A stretch of 33,938 bases of DNA from a bacterium (GTDB taxonomy: Bacteria > Bacillota > Clostridia > Oscillospirales > Acutalibacteraceae). The notes under the pieces are model-generated. The model was not told the origin of the DNA, searched no databases, and worked only from the letters and a program-made list of their open reading frames with translations. How positions within the stretch are numbered: the first letter of the stretch is position 1; each line of letters opens with the position of its first letter. The stretch lies in contig CAVFUV010000001.1 in assembly GCA_963625735.1 (NCBI GenBank), forward strand, positions 1 through 33,938, read 5' to 3'. This document shows positions 16,378 to 24,745 of this stretch, in pieces. Both the position numbers and the translations under genes were made by a program.

Positions 16378-18063
16378 TTATGTGTTCGAGGTGTTCTGCC
16401 CGCCGCTGTTCCCATTATCATCGGGCTTCTGCGGTCTGCCGCTCTCGTCCGTTTCGGGCTCCTGCCCGACCTGTCCGCCGGGGTTGCCGCCCTGACCGCC
16501 CGAGGGAATTTCGGGCTGACCGTTCTCGTTTGTCTCGGGTTCAAAGCTGCCGTCGGGCTTATTGCCACCCTGTCCGCCGCCCTGTCCGGGGTCGCCGCCC
16601 ATGTTGCCGCCCATACCGCTCTCGCCGTATATAAAGCCGCTGAGGGTAATTTCCGTACTGTTTGTGCCGTTTGATACCGTGAATGTTCCGTTCTCGGTCA
16701 TGCCGGCGCAGCTTATCACAACACAGTCAAAATTCTTTTTCGATGTCGCGGAACCGAGTGTCTCTCCGGCGTCGTTTTTGATTTCAACGGTATCGCCCGC
16801 CTTGCCGGAAATGTTGACAAGTGCCACGCCCTGATTTTCAGCCGCATTGAAGTTCTCCGCCATGCCGACAGAGCCGAACGCGAATATCGTGCCGCCCGTA
16901 ACCTTCGCAGTGGTGTTGCCGTCGCCGTAGTCAATCGCACCGTCACCGCCCGACACGGGGCCGTATACCGTAAGCGTACCGCCGCTGACATACAGGTCGC
17001 CGTTTGAGTCAACACCGTCGCCCGAAGCGTCAATTGTTATCTCGCCGCCGCTTATATTGATATAAGCCTCGCTGTCGCCCTGTCCGGGGTCGCTTCCCGT
17101 GTCGCCGCCTGCCGCGTTTATGCCGTCGTCGCTCGATATTATGTCTATCGTGCCGCCGGAAATATCAACCGTGTGACCCTCAATCCCTTCATAGGACTGC
17201 TCTATATTTATTGTGCCGCCTAAAATCTTAAGCGAAGCCGATGAGTGCATACCGTCGTCTCCGGCGTTTATCGTGTAGGTGCCGTCCTCAATATAGACAA
17301 AGCCCAGGTCGTCATCCTCGTCATTGTCGCCGTGGATACCGTCCTTGCCCGAAGTGAGATTGAATGTGCCGTTCATTATGCGGACGTCGTCCTTGCCTGC
17401 CAGACAGTGTTTTTCGGCGTTGACGGTATATGTGCCGCCTGTTACACACAAAGTGTCCTTCGATACAATACCGTGACCTGTCTCACTTGAAATTGTAATA
17501 CTGCCCGAGCCGTTGAATGTAAGGTCATCCTTCGAGAATACGCACGCATCTATATTGTTGTCGTCAATTGCGACAAAGTCCCCGGTGTTTGTCAGAGTGT
17601 TCTCGGTGTTCGGAGCGAGTGTTATGACAACCTTGTCGGCACTCTTGACATATACCGCCGCCGTGGTGCTTTTTGAGATATTCACACCGGCGAAAATAAT
17701 ATGAACCTTGTCGGAATCGTCTGCGTCAACAACGATACTGCCGTCCGAGAGTGTGCCCTTGAAGATATATGTGCCCTCGTCGCTTATCGTAATGTTATTG
17801 CCGTCAATTGTTACCGTGCCGTTTTTGCATTTTGTGCCGTTGTCGGCAAGAGTTATCACGGTGTCGTTGTTCTCGTCGTAGCCGACATTTACGTCAAAGC
17901 TTGTGAACATATCTGAAATACCTGTGTTTTCGTCGTATGCGGCGGCATCCGTCGCAATTGCCGATGAAGTCGTGTCGGTCGAGTTGCCGACTGAACAGCC
18001 GGCGAATGACAGAACGGAAATTACCGCCGTTATTATGCATACCGTTTTCTTAAAGTTCATCAT
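16378..18063 (-). CDS. Cthe_2159-family (DUF4353) beta-helix carbohydrate-binding lipoprotein with G/P/Q-rich tail
   Basis: Lipobox is FAGC. Repeated motifs of the type GTYxIxG...DGI... are present. I prefer the ATG at 18063 (GGGAG SD). It overlaps the upstream gene by 14 nt. Confidence 0.8.
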   Translation of the reverse strand: MMNFKKTVCIITAVISVLSFAGCSVGNSTDTTSSAIATDAAAYDENTGISDMFTSFDVNVGYDENNDTVITLADNGTKCKNGTVTIDGNNITISDEGTYIFKGTLSDGSIVVDADDSDKVHIIFAGVNISKSTTAAVYVKSADKVVITLAPNTENTLTNTGDFVAIDDNNIDACVFSKDDLTFNGSGSITISSETGHGIVSKDTLCVTGGTYTVNAEKHCLAGKDDVRIMNGTFNLTSGKDGIHGDNDEDDDLGFVYIEDGTYTINAGDDGMHSSASLKILGGTINIEQSYEGIEGHTVDISGGTIDIISSDDGINAAGGDTGSDPGQGDSEAYINISGGEITIDASGDGVDSNGDLYVSGGTLTVYGPVSGGDGAIDYGDGNTTAKVTGGTIFAFGSVGMAENFNAAENQGVALVNISGKAGDTVEIKNDAGETLGSATSKKNFDCVVISCAGMTENGTFTVSNGTNSTEITLSGFIYGESGMGGNMGGDPGQGGGQGGNKPDGSFEPETNENGQPEIPSGGQGGNPGGQVGQEPETDESGRPQKPDDNGNSGGQNTSNT

Positions 18064-18745
18064 TTTCACCGCTCCCTTCAATATTGTGCATGATAATTTC
18101 AAGATTGCCGTTTAAGCATCTGAGTTCATCTATAAAAGCCTTTTCCTGCGAGGCGTTCTTAAGCTTAAGACGATAGGTCAGTCTGAACAGACTTCCGAGT
18201 CCTGCCGTTTTTGAGCCGAGGCGTATGCAGGAGGTTGTGTATTTTTTGAATACGTCATTAAAGGCGACTGTATAATCAACATCCTCGGGTACGGTCATTT
18301 TCATGACACGCTCAAGACTGTCGCCACGCTCGCCGAAGGGCGTGAGATTGAGCAAAGCGAACACCAGACAAACGATAGCCGTGAACAGAACCGCAAACGC
18401 GATATAGCCCATTCCGCACAGGAGTCCCGTGCCCATTGCCATAAACAGAACCGCTATTTCTCTTGCCGTGCCGGGAGCGGAACGAAAGCGAACCAGACCG
18501 AACGCGCCCGCGACTGCGACACCCGCGCCGACATTGCCGTTGACAGCCATTATCACAACGCATACAATCGCCGGCAGAATAGCTGCCGTGACCGTAAAGC
18601 TTTTTGATGAATATGTTTTTCTTGTGCACAGAACCGCAATCGCCGCACCGAGTATAAGAGCCGCGACAAGTGCGATTAAAAAGCTCTGTACCGACACCGT
18701 TGTCGTAGTCGAAGTGTCGAAAATTCCGTTAAAAATTGATGACAT
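18050..18745 (-). CDS. DUF4956 membrane protein
   Basis: Multi-TM protein with a GLVRFRSA motif. The ATG at 18745 follows an AAGGAG SD. It overlaps the VTC gene by 17 nt. Confidence 0.8.
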   Translation of the reverse strand: MSSIFNGIFDTSTTTTVSVQSFLIALVAALILGAAIAVLCTRKTYSSKSFTVTAAILPAIVCVVIMAVNGNVGAGVAVAGAFGLVRFRSAPGTAREIAVLFMAMGTGLLCGMGYIAFAVLFTAIVCLVFALLNLTPFGERGDSLERVMKMTVPEDVDYTVAFNDVFKKYTTSCIRLGSKTAGLGSLFRLTYRLKLKNASQEKAFIDELRCLNGNLEIIMHNIEGSGENDEL

Positions 18746-19445
18746 TGTTAAAATCTCCTTCCGTATTTCCGCCTGTTTTAATATAGAGTGCACCGTATTT
18801 TGAAAAGCTCGATTTGTATATCTTGAGGTCCGACAGCTTTTTCGCAATTTCAAGCGGAATTACCGTCGGCGTTTTTATCTCGAGAATGACTTTTCCGGGG
18901 CAAAGCTCAATACCGTACGGCGGTGACTCAAGCGACAAATCGTAATTTCTGCCCCGCACATTCATGTCAAACGTTATGCGGACAAGGTTGTCAAGAGTGA
19001 CATATGACCGTCTGTCGCATGAAATGTACGCTGTCGGAATAAGCGTGCCGTAGTGAGTTAAAAAGCTGTCTATCTCTTTTTCAATCTGCGTATCCTTGCG
19101 TGGACACGTGCCGTCAAGCCACTGCTCGGCCTGCTTTTCGGTCGCCGTAACACGCCGTTTATAGACAACGGAATTGTACTTTTTCTTAAGCTCCACAAAA
19201 ACCGTCGAGTTGTCGTCAACCGTTTTGTATGCCCTGACACGCAGCTTTTCTTTGTATGCGGGCCCTTCAAGGGAGCGTGTTATCAGCCGTCTGTCGGGAG
19301 TGTCATAATAGAGACTCCGCACCGTGCCTTCCGGGAAAACGTCGGGCTTTATCATCTCTTTAAGGCCTGACAGAAGCTCAAGATATTGACTTTCGGTTAT
19401 CAGAAACTTTATCTCGTTTCTTTCAAATCTGTCGGTGATGTTCAT
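18729..19445 (-). CDS. VTC-domain (polyphosphate polymerase domain) protein
   Basis: The pattern ERNEIKFLI...SLYYDTPD...KLRVRAY...VFVELKKK is typical of the VTC/CYTH-like domain. Confidence 0.8.
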   Translation of the reverse strand: MNITDRFERNEIKFLITESQYLELLSGLKEMIKPDVFPEGTVRSLYYDTPDRRLITRSLEGPAYKEKLRVRAYKTVDDNSTVFVELKKKYNSVVYKRRVTATEKQAEQWLDGTCPRKDTQIEKEIDSFLTHYGTLIPTAYISCDRRSYVTLDNLVRITFDMNVRGRNYDLSLESPPYGIELCPGKVILEIKTPTVIPLEIAKKLSDLKIYKSSFSKYGALYIKTGGNTEGDFNNVINF

Positions 19446-19550
19446 TGGTTTTACACCGCTTTCTCTGTTTGATGAGATAATACGATGAGGACTTTAATCG
19501 GAATTTAAAAAGATTACAGAGTTGTAATATTTTTAAGGTTTGTGAAAAAA

Positions 19551-20070
19551 GGGCGAGCGAAGCGAGCCTGAAGCCCGAGCCGACAGGCGAGGGCATGTCG
19601 CGAGGAGCGACAGCGACGAGCGAAGCCGAGCGAAGCGAGGCAAAGCCCGAGGAGGCGGCGTAAGCCGACGACGAGGGCACGGGCGGCGAGGAGAGCGACA
19701 GCGTCGACGAGCCGCAGGACGCGACGACGAACACCTGCCAACGGCAGGCGTAAGGAGGAGTGTCTCCCCGAGCGAAGCAGATTTGTGAGGGGCTGCCCGT
19801 GGCTGCCCTCATAAATCTGCTGAGCGGAGGGTGCCGTCCGGAATGTGGCTTCCGGCAGTACGCCATACGAAAGGCATGTCATTTTACTTGAAAGGAATGT
19901 CACTCCCGGGCGGCAAAGCGACCCGGATTTCGCAGCAAGCTTGCAATCAAGCAAAAAGCTTGCCTCTTGCGTTAGCTTACAATCCAAGTCCGCAGGACTT
20001 CCTTGTTTTCCCGGCCCCCGACCCCCGGTCCCCGGCCCCTGTCCAATTGCTAACTGCTAATTGCTGATTA
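19551..20070 (-). repeat. largest element copy: AGCAATT + GGGGNCG heptads - stem-loop - box - structured module - T-depleted GCGAAGC-rich tract
   Basis: On the plus strand, heptads lie at 20010-20068, stem-loop AAGTCC-GCA-GGACTT at 19986-20000, hairpins at 19777-19820 and 19935-19963, and the GCGARGC-rich tract at 19551-19740. Confidence 0.8.
19777..19820. other. 15-bp-stem hairpin (GCAGATTTGTGAGGG ... CCCTCATAAATCTGC) in the 716-bp spacer
   Basis: Direct complementarity with one G-T pair. The 14-nt loop contains the GGCTGCC direct repeat. Confidence 0.7.
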
Positions 20071-20099
20071 TTCTCCCGCTTTGCCGCAACCTGCAGCAC

Positions 20100-20129
20100 G
20101 AAAAAAAGCACCGACAAAAGTCGATGCTT
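20100..20129 (-). terminator. intrinsic terminator of rpmB
   Basis: Minus strand reads AGCATCGAC-TTTT-GTCGGTGCT followed by T7. Confidence 0.85.
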
Positions 20130-20161
20130 AAAATCGCAGCTTAAAATTTCGATTAACCGGA

Positions 20162-20350
20162 TCAGACGGCTCTCGTAACCTTGCCCGAACGGATGCAGCG
20201 AGTGCATGCATACACTCTGCAGGGGGAACCGTTAACAACAGCCTTAACCTTCTTAATGTTGGGCTTCCAAGTTCTGTTGGATCTTCTGTGGGAGTGGGAT
20301 ACCTTGATGCCGAATTTTACGTCTTTGCCGCAAAAGTCACACTTTGCCAT
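20162..20350 (-). CDS. rpmB: 50S ribosomal protein L28
   Basis: MAKCDFCGK...SHSHRRSNRTWKPNI matches L28. AGGAGG SD upstream and terminator downstream. Confidence 0.95.
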   Translation of the reverse strand: MAKCDFCGKDVKFGIKVSHSHRRSNRTWKPNIKKVKAVVNGSPCRVYACTRCIRSGKVTRAV

Positions 20351-20605
20351 TGAGAGCACACCTCCTTTGAAATATGGGTAAAATTACCCCTCGTAAATCG
20401 CAAGAAATATATTAACAGATATGCACCGGAATTGCAAGTGTTTTTTTAAACTTTTTTATTGAACCTCAAAAGCAAAAACATTCCCAAACATAATATTCGC
20501 AAAGTTTAACAACAAGTACATATCGTTACGAAACATAAAACGGCCGCAACACCCGAATTTACGGGGATTGCGATTGTTTTTTCCGCTCAGGCTGTCAAAA
20601 ACGGG

Positions 20606-20677
20606 ATTTTACTCTATAAGCCCGAATTTTGCAAGACATTTTGCTATTTTTCTTCCCATCGGAAGCATTAAAATATC
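20606..20677 (-). repeat. right copy of the 72-bp inverted repeat (native flippase 3' end); partner at 12476-12547
   Basis: 70/72 identity in inverted orientation. Confidence 0.9.
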
Positions 20678-22381
20678 TTCCTTGGGGATAGAATGAGTCG
20701 CAAGCAGTGCAAGAACATATGTAACAATCGCCGCGAACACACCGGCAATCACGCCTAAATTGGCGGCGTTCAGCAGTCCGCCCAGCCCCTCTTCGGGCAA
20801 GAATCTGTTGTATGCGGCATCCACACCCCATGCGGCAATACCCGACAGTACAGCACAGAACAGCGGTTTTAAGAATGTGCCCATTATATCGTATTTCAGT
20901 CCCGTTTCTTTTTTCAGCACAACAAGACCGTATGCGACCATTATAATGTTGCACAGAATCGAGCCCAGAACCGCCCCCTGAATATTGATTGACGGAACGC
21001 TTACGATAAGAAAATTCGCGACAATTTTTACAATGGCGCCAATAGCCATTGCCTTTATCGGAACATCCGCACGGTTGACAGCCTGAAGCATGTTCGTTAT
21101 AGGCTGAGTAAGCGCAAGAAAAACAACCGACACGCCGTAAAGCATCAATATTGGTGCGATATACGGAATAGCCGGTGAAATAGTCTCGCTTGAGCCGTAT
21201 ATAAGCTCCAGAATATCATCGGCAAGGGCAACCATTCCGCACCCCGCCGGATACGCAATAAGCAATGTAAGACGAATGACGGAATCAACCGCCTTGTTTA
21301 CTTCTTCCCATTTTCTCTTTGTCCACGCGGCGGACAGAACCGGAATGGCACTGAGTCCCAGGGTTATCGTAAAAGTGGGAACAATATTTTTAATTTCTAT
21401 TACCGTATCATACGCGCCGTAAAGGTAATCCTTAAACGCCACGGCATCGGCGGCGGTGTAGCCCTGTGATGATACAATACCGGGATACATGGCGGCGACG
21501 GTGTCAAAATGCTCGCTTAATACCGCCATAAGACGGTTCGGTATTACCCAGTTGTCAATAAGCGTTGTAACGTTGAATATAAGAGAGCTTACGGCAATCG
21601 GTATCGCTATTTTCATAAGCTCCTTTGAAAGAGCGCCGAATGACAGTGCGTCGGGCGAAGCGTCAAGCTCCCCTTGCGTGATAAGATTTTTTTCAAAGCG
21701 GTGACGGAGCATCAGATACAAAAGCCCCATCAAAGAACCTATCGTCACTCCGGCAATTGCCGCCGCCGCGGACCACGCCTGAACCTTTTCGGTTACTATC
21801 GTATTGAGATACGGAATTTTATCGGCAAATGTCGCACCCGTTCCGACGACGACGTTTATTAAGAGCCAGCCGAAAATAAGCTTGCCGCCGGCTTCAAACA
21901 CCTGCGATATGGCGGATGGGGTCATATTTCCGAGTCCCTGATAATAGCCGCGGTAGCCGCTCATCACACAGCAGAAAAACAGTGACGGAGCAATCGCGAG
22001 AATTGCCGGCACGGCGTTTAACACACCGTCTGACTGCGACGACGCAAACGGCACGGCAAGCACCGCTATAAGCACCATGCCCACAACGCCGAAGAGCGAG
22101 AAAAGCAGGACGGAAACGTTAAACAGCTTCTTGACATCCTTATATCTGCCCTCAGCCGCACGGGACGCCACCATTTTTGAAACTGCAGTCGGCAGCCCCG
22201 CCAGGGCTATTGTGTAAATGGGCGTATAGATATTGTATGCAGTGGCATAATAGCTCTTGCCCTCAAGCCCTATCTGATACGTAACATAGACCTTAAAGAA
22301 AATGCCTATTATTTTAACGGCCAATATCGCGAGCGACAGAATTAAAGCGCCGTTTAATACCGATTGTGATTTTTTTGCCAT
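20609..22381 (-). CDS. MOP-superfamily flippase (MurJ/SpoVB-like polysaccharide biosynthesis protein)
   Basis: 590-aa protein with about 14 TM segments and an N-terminus typical of SpoVB/MurJ-like proteins. GGAGG SD upstream. Confidence 0.85.
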   Translation of the reverse strand: MAKKSQSVLNGALILSLAILAVKIIGIFFKVYVTYQIGLEGKSYYATAYNIYTPIYTIALAGLPTAVSKMVASRAAEGRYKDVKKLFNVSVLLFSLFGVVGMVLIAVLAVPFASSQSDGVLNAVPAILAIAPSLFFCCVMSGYRGYYQGLGNMTPSAISQVFEAGGKLIFGWLLINVVVGTGATFADKIPYLNTIVTEKVQAWSAAAAIAGVTIGSLMGLLYLMLRHRFEKNLITQGELDASPDALSFGALSKELMKIAIPIAVSSLIFNVTTLIDNWVIPNRLMAVLSEHFDTVAAMYPGIVSSQGYTAADAVAFKDYLYGAYDTVIEIKNIVPTFTITLGLSAIPVLSAAWTKRKWEEVNKAVDSVIRLTLLIAYPAGCGMVALADDILELIYGSSETISPAIPYIAPILMLYGVSVVFLALTQPITNMLQAVNRADVPIKAMAIGAIVKIVANFLIVSVPSINIQGAVLGSILCNIIMVAYGLVVLKKETGLKYDIMGTFLKPLFCAVLSGIAAWGVDAAYNRFLPEEGLGGLLNAANLGVIAGVFAAIVTYVLALLATHSIPKEDILMLPMGRKIAKCLAKFGLIE

Positions 22382-22414
22382 GAGGACCTCCGAGGTATTA
22401 CTTTGGTTAAGAAT

Positions 22415-22443
22415 ATAATACAGCTTGCTTTAGAATATATCAA
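22415..22443 (-). promoter_or_regulatory. candidate promoter of the flippase gene
   Basis: TTGATA-17 nt-TATTAT on the minus strand, abutting the phased array. Confidence 0.5.
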
Positions 22444-22622
22444 AGAACTTTCAAAACTTTTAAAATGATTTTAAAAGTTTCAAAGAGATTTTCAAAGTTT
22501 CAAAGAGATTTTCAAAGTTTCAAACAAATTTTCAAAAGTTTCAAAGAGATTTTAAGAGTTTCAAACACTTTTTCAAAACTTTCAAACGATTTTCAGAAGT
22601 TTTCAAATCATTTCAAAACTTA
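22441..22622. repeat. ~17 tandem ~10-bp units (TTTCAAAGNN / TTTTCAAAG), helically phased T/A-tract array
   Basis: TTCAAA cores recur every 9-11 bp from 22450 to 22610. The array lies directly upstream of the flippase -35 and begins at the helicase stop codon. Confidence 0.9.
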
Positions 22623-24728
22623 TTCATCCGAAATGAGATTTGCCTTTACAAGATGCGACACGCTCAGTTTCCGTGTTTTGCCATCCTCAAACTCGGCGAC
22701 TATCGTGTCCCCGGTGCGTGCGGTCACGGTGAAACTGCCGAGCTTGCGGTGGTTGAATTTTCCGCCGACAGTTACGCTGTCATTCGAGAAAAATCCGCTC
22801 TCTCCGCCTGCGTCCCATACGGAAAATGTCGCAAGCTTCAGCGGTGTGCCGATATCGTATTTTTTCGCCGCGTTCAGAGCCGCTTCGTGCCGCTTTTCTA
22901 TCTTGCGGCGAAGCGTCTTGCCGAAAACCTCATCCGAAAAGCTCGTTTCATAGCTTTTTGACGTATATGTAAAAATATTAAGATTGTTTTTCGCGCGTGT
23001 CATGGCGACATAGAAAAGCCGCCGCTCCTCCTCCGCCTGCGTTTCGGACTGCTCGCCCGTCATATTCTCTCGATTATCAGCGGGAAGAGTACCGTCAAAG
23101 GCGTTTATAATATATACGGTGTCGTATTCCGTGCCCTTTGCACCGTGAATTGTGGACAGCACAGCGCCTTTTTCTTTTCTGCCGTCACCGACCGCCGTTT
23201 TAAGTGTCCCGAGATGCTCAAGAAAATCCGGTACCGTCTTGTCATCCTTTGCGAGAATACTCAGAATTTCCGTTTTGTTGATATCCGTCCCCTGAGTATA
23301 CCCGGCGTACCCCGGCAGAAATGCCGCAAGAAAAACCCCGGTGGAAACATTCGATTTTTTTATTCTGTCAAGCGTCTGCTCGATTTTTCCGCATTTTTCA
23401 AGTGCGGGCTGAGACAGAACCCTGTTTCGCTTAAGACAGTCAAACACGCTCTTTTTCTTTTTCACAGCTTCATTCACGGCGACAACCGCGTCGTTTTTTG
23501 AGATGTACAGCCCCAATTTATAATAAAGCATCATAAAAGCGTCGCTGTCATATCTGTTATACGCGAGCTTCAGAATATTGCCGATATCCGTGACCGTTTT
23601 GGACGTAAAAAACGTACAGTCGTTTTCACGGCTCATAAACGGTATACCGCGTTTTATAAGCATATCGATAAGCGGCAAAGCGCACTCGTTGTTTCTGTAA
23701 AGCACAGCCGTATCGGAGTCGGCGTCTTTCAGAATACCGCACAGTGCCGTATACTGGTCTTCAAGCGTCGCAACGGAAATTTCCTTTACCTGCCCGTGGG
23801 CGGTTCTTGAAGCGAACATATTCTTCTGTATTCTCTGCGTGTTTTTGGAGATAAATCCGTCCGCAGCCTTTACTATTTCGGGAACGCTTCTGAAATTTTC
23901 TTCGCTTTTGAGAATTACGGCATTCTTGTATTTTTCGTTGAATGTCAGCAGAAATTCGGGGTATGCCCCTCTGAAGCCGTAAATACTCTGGTCTTCATCA
24001 CCGACCATGAAAATATTGCCGCTCCCCGCCAGAAGCCTTATTATGCAGTGTTGGATTTTGGATGTATCCTGCGCTTCATCCACGCATATATACTTAAATC
24101 TGTCGTGATATTTTTTTCTGAGTGACGGATAGTTTTTAAGCATCGACAAAGCGTAAACAAGCTGATCGTCATAATCCATCAGCCGCTGCTCACGCATATA
24201 GTCCGTATACGCCTTATATATTTTTGAAATTGCCGCTCCCCCGCCGTCAAGTTTTTTTATTTCTTCATCGGTCAGCATGCTGTTTTTTATACAGGTGATA
24301 CTGCGGCGTATTTCGGAAATTGTCGTCTCCGACGGATATTCGTCGTTAAGCTTTAGATAAATTGCGCCGATTGCGGAAACGGTCTTGCGCTCGTCCGTCT
24401 GAAGTGAAAAGGGAATACGCCCGGTCATATTCGAAAAATCGTTGATTATTTTCTGGGCTATGCCGTTAATCGTGCGAAACTCGGGCGGTTCAAGCTCCGG
24501 GAACATTGCGTGAAAGCGATGTCTCATCTCGTTTGCCGCCGCCACCGTATAGGTAAGCACCAACACACTGTCGGACGGTATCCCCCGGTTTTCTATCATC
24601 TCGCCAAGGCGTGCGATAAGCACCGTTGTCTTGCCGCTCCCCGGCACCGCAAGCAGCAAAACAGCGCCGTCGATATTTTCGACAGCGGCAGACTGCTGAG
24701 GGTTCAGTTGACGACTTACATTATACAT
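22620..24728 (-). CDS. UvrD/Rep/PcrA-family ATP-dependent DNA helicase with extra C-terminal domain
   Basis: Motifs are LNPQQSAAV, Walker A AVPGSGKTT, DEAQD and TIHGAKGTEYD. Confidence 0.88.
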   Translation of the reverse strand: MYNVSRQLNPQQSAAVENIDGAVLLLAVPGSGKTTVLIARLGEMIENRGIPSDSVLVLTYTVAAANEMRHRFHAMFPELEPPEFRTINGIAQKIINDFSNMTGRIPFSLQTDERKTVSAIGAIYLKLNDEYPSETTISEIRRSITCIKNSMLTDEEIKKLDGGGAAISKIYKAYTDYMREQRLMDYDDQLVYALSMLKNYPSLRKKYHDRFKYICVDEAQDTSKIQHCIIRLLAGSGNIFMVGDEDQSIYGFRGAYPEFLLTFNEKYKNAVILKSEENFRSVPEIVKAADGFISKNTQRIQKNMFASRTAHGQVKEISVATLEDQYTALCGILKDADSDTAVLYRNNECALPLIDMLIKRGIPFMSRENDCTFFTSKTVTDIGNILKLAYNRYDSDAFMMLYYKLGLYISKNDAVVAVNEAVKKKKSVFDCLKRNRVLSQPALEKCGKIEQTLDRIKKSNVSTGVFLAAFLPGYAGYTQGTDINKTEILSILAKDDKTVPDFLEHLGTLKTAVGDGRKEKGAVLSTIHGAKGTEYDTVYIINAFDGTLPADNRENMTGEQSETQAEEERRLFYVAMTRAKNNLNIFTYTSKSYETSFSDEVFGKTLRRKIEKRHEAALNAAKKYDIGTPLKLATFSVWDAGGESGFFSNDSVTVGGKFNHRKLGSFTVTARTGDTIVAEFEDGKTRKLSVSHLVKANLISDE

Positions 24729-24745
24729 TTTACGTTAGAAAAACA

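Noticed and set aside
16268-16674. Several plus-strand ORFs (75-119 aa) rich in Pro/Arg/Cys
   Set aside because: They lie antisense to the GC-rich G/P/Q tail-coding region of the Cthe_2159-family gene. These are shadow ORFs.
19423-19987. 147-aa and 157-aa minus-strand ORFs, and an open plus-strand frame, across the 716-bp spacer
   Set aside because: Their products are low-complexity Ser/Ala/Arg-rich and arise from the T-depleted GCGAAGC-rich tract. They have no SD or plausible start context, and one overlaps the VTC gene start out of frame.
19741-20070. Known structured RNAs (SRP RNA, RNase P, tmRNA, 6S, riboswitch) in the long spacer
   Set aside because: I could not find the diagnostic conserved motifs, such as the SRP domain IV GGAA/AGCA loops, the RNase P GAGGAAAGUCC, or a tmRNA tag ORF and 3' CCA-type end. 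The region shares modules with the repeat family instead. An Infernal scan would be decisive.
20540-20608. Intrinsic terminator after the flippase gene
   Set aside because: Only an imperfect hairpin (GCAATCCCC...GGGTGTTGC) with a weak T-tract is present. That is too poor to call.
22441-22622. CRISPR array or plasmid-type iteron/parC centromere
   Set aside because: The units are 10 nt with no spacers, so this is not a CRISPR array. No cas, rep or par genes lie nearby, and the context is chromosomal housekeeping. Iteron or centromere function therefore has no support, although protein binding remains possible.
22465-22953. 162-aa ORF (MILKVSKRFSKFQRDFQ...), and the similar 203-aa ORF at 30136-30747
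   Set aside because: They are translations of the 10-bp phased arrays that run into the antisense of real genes. The periodic peptide is an artefact of the DNA repeat.
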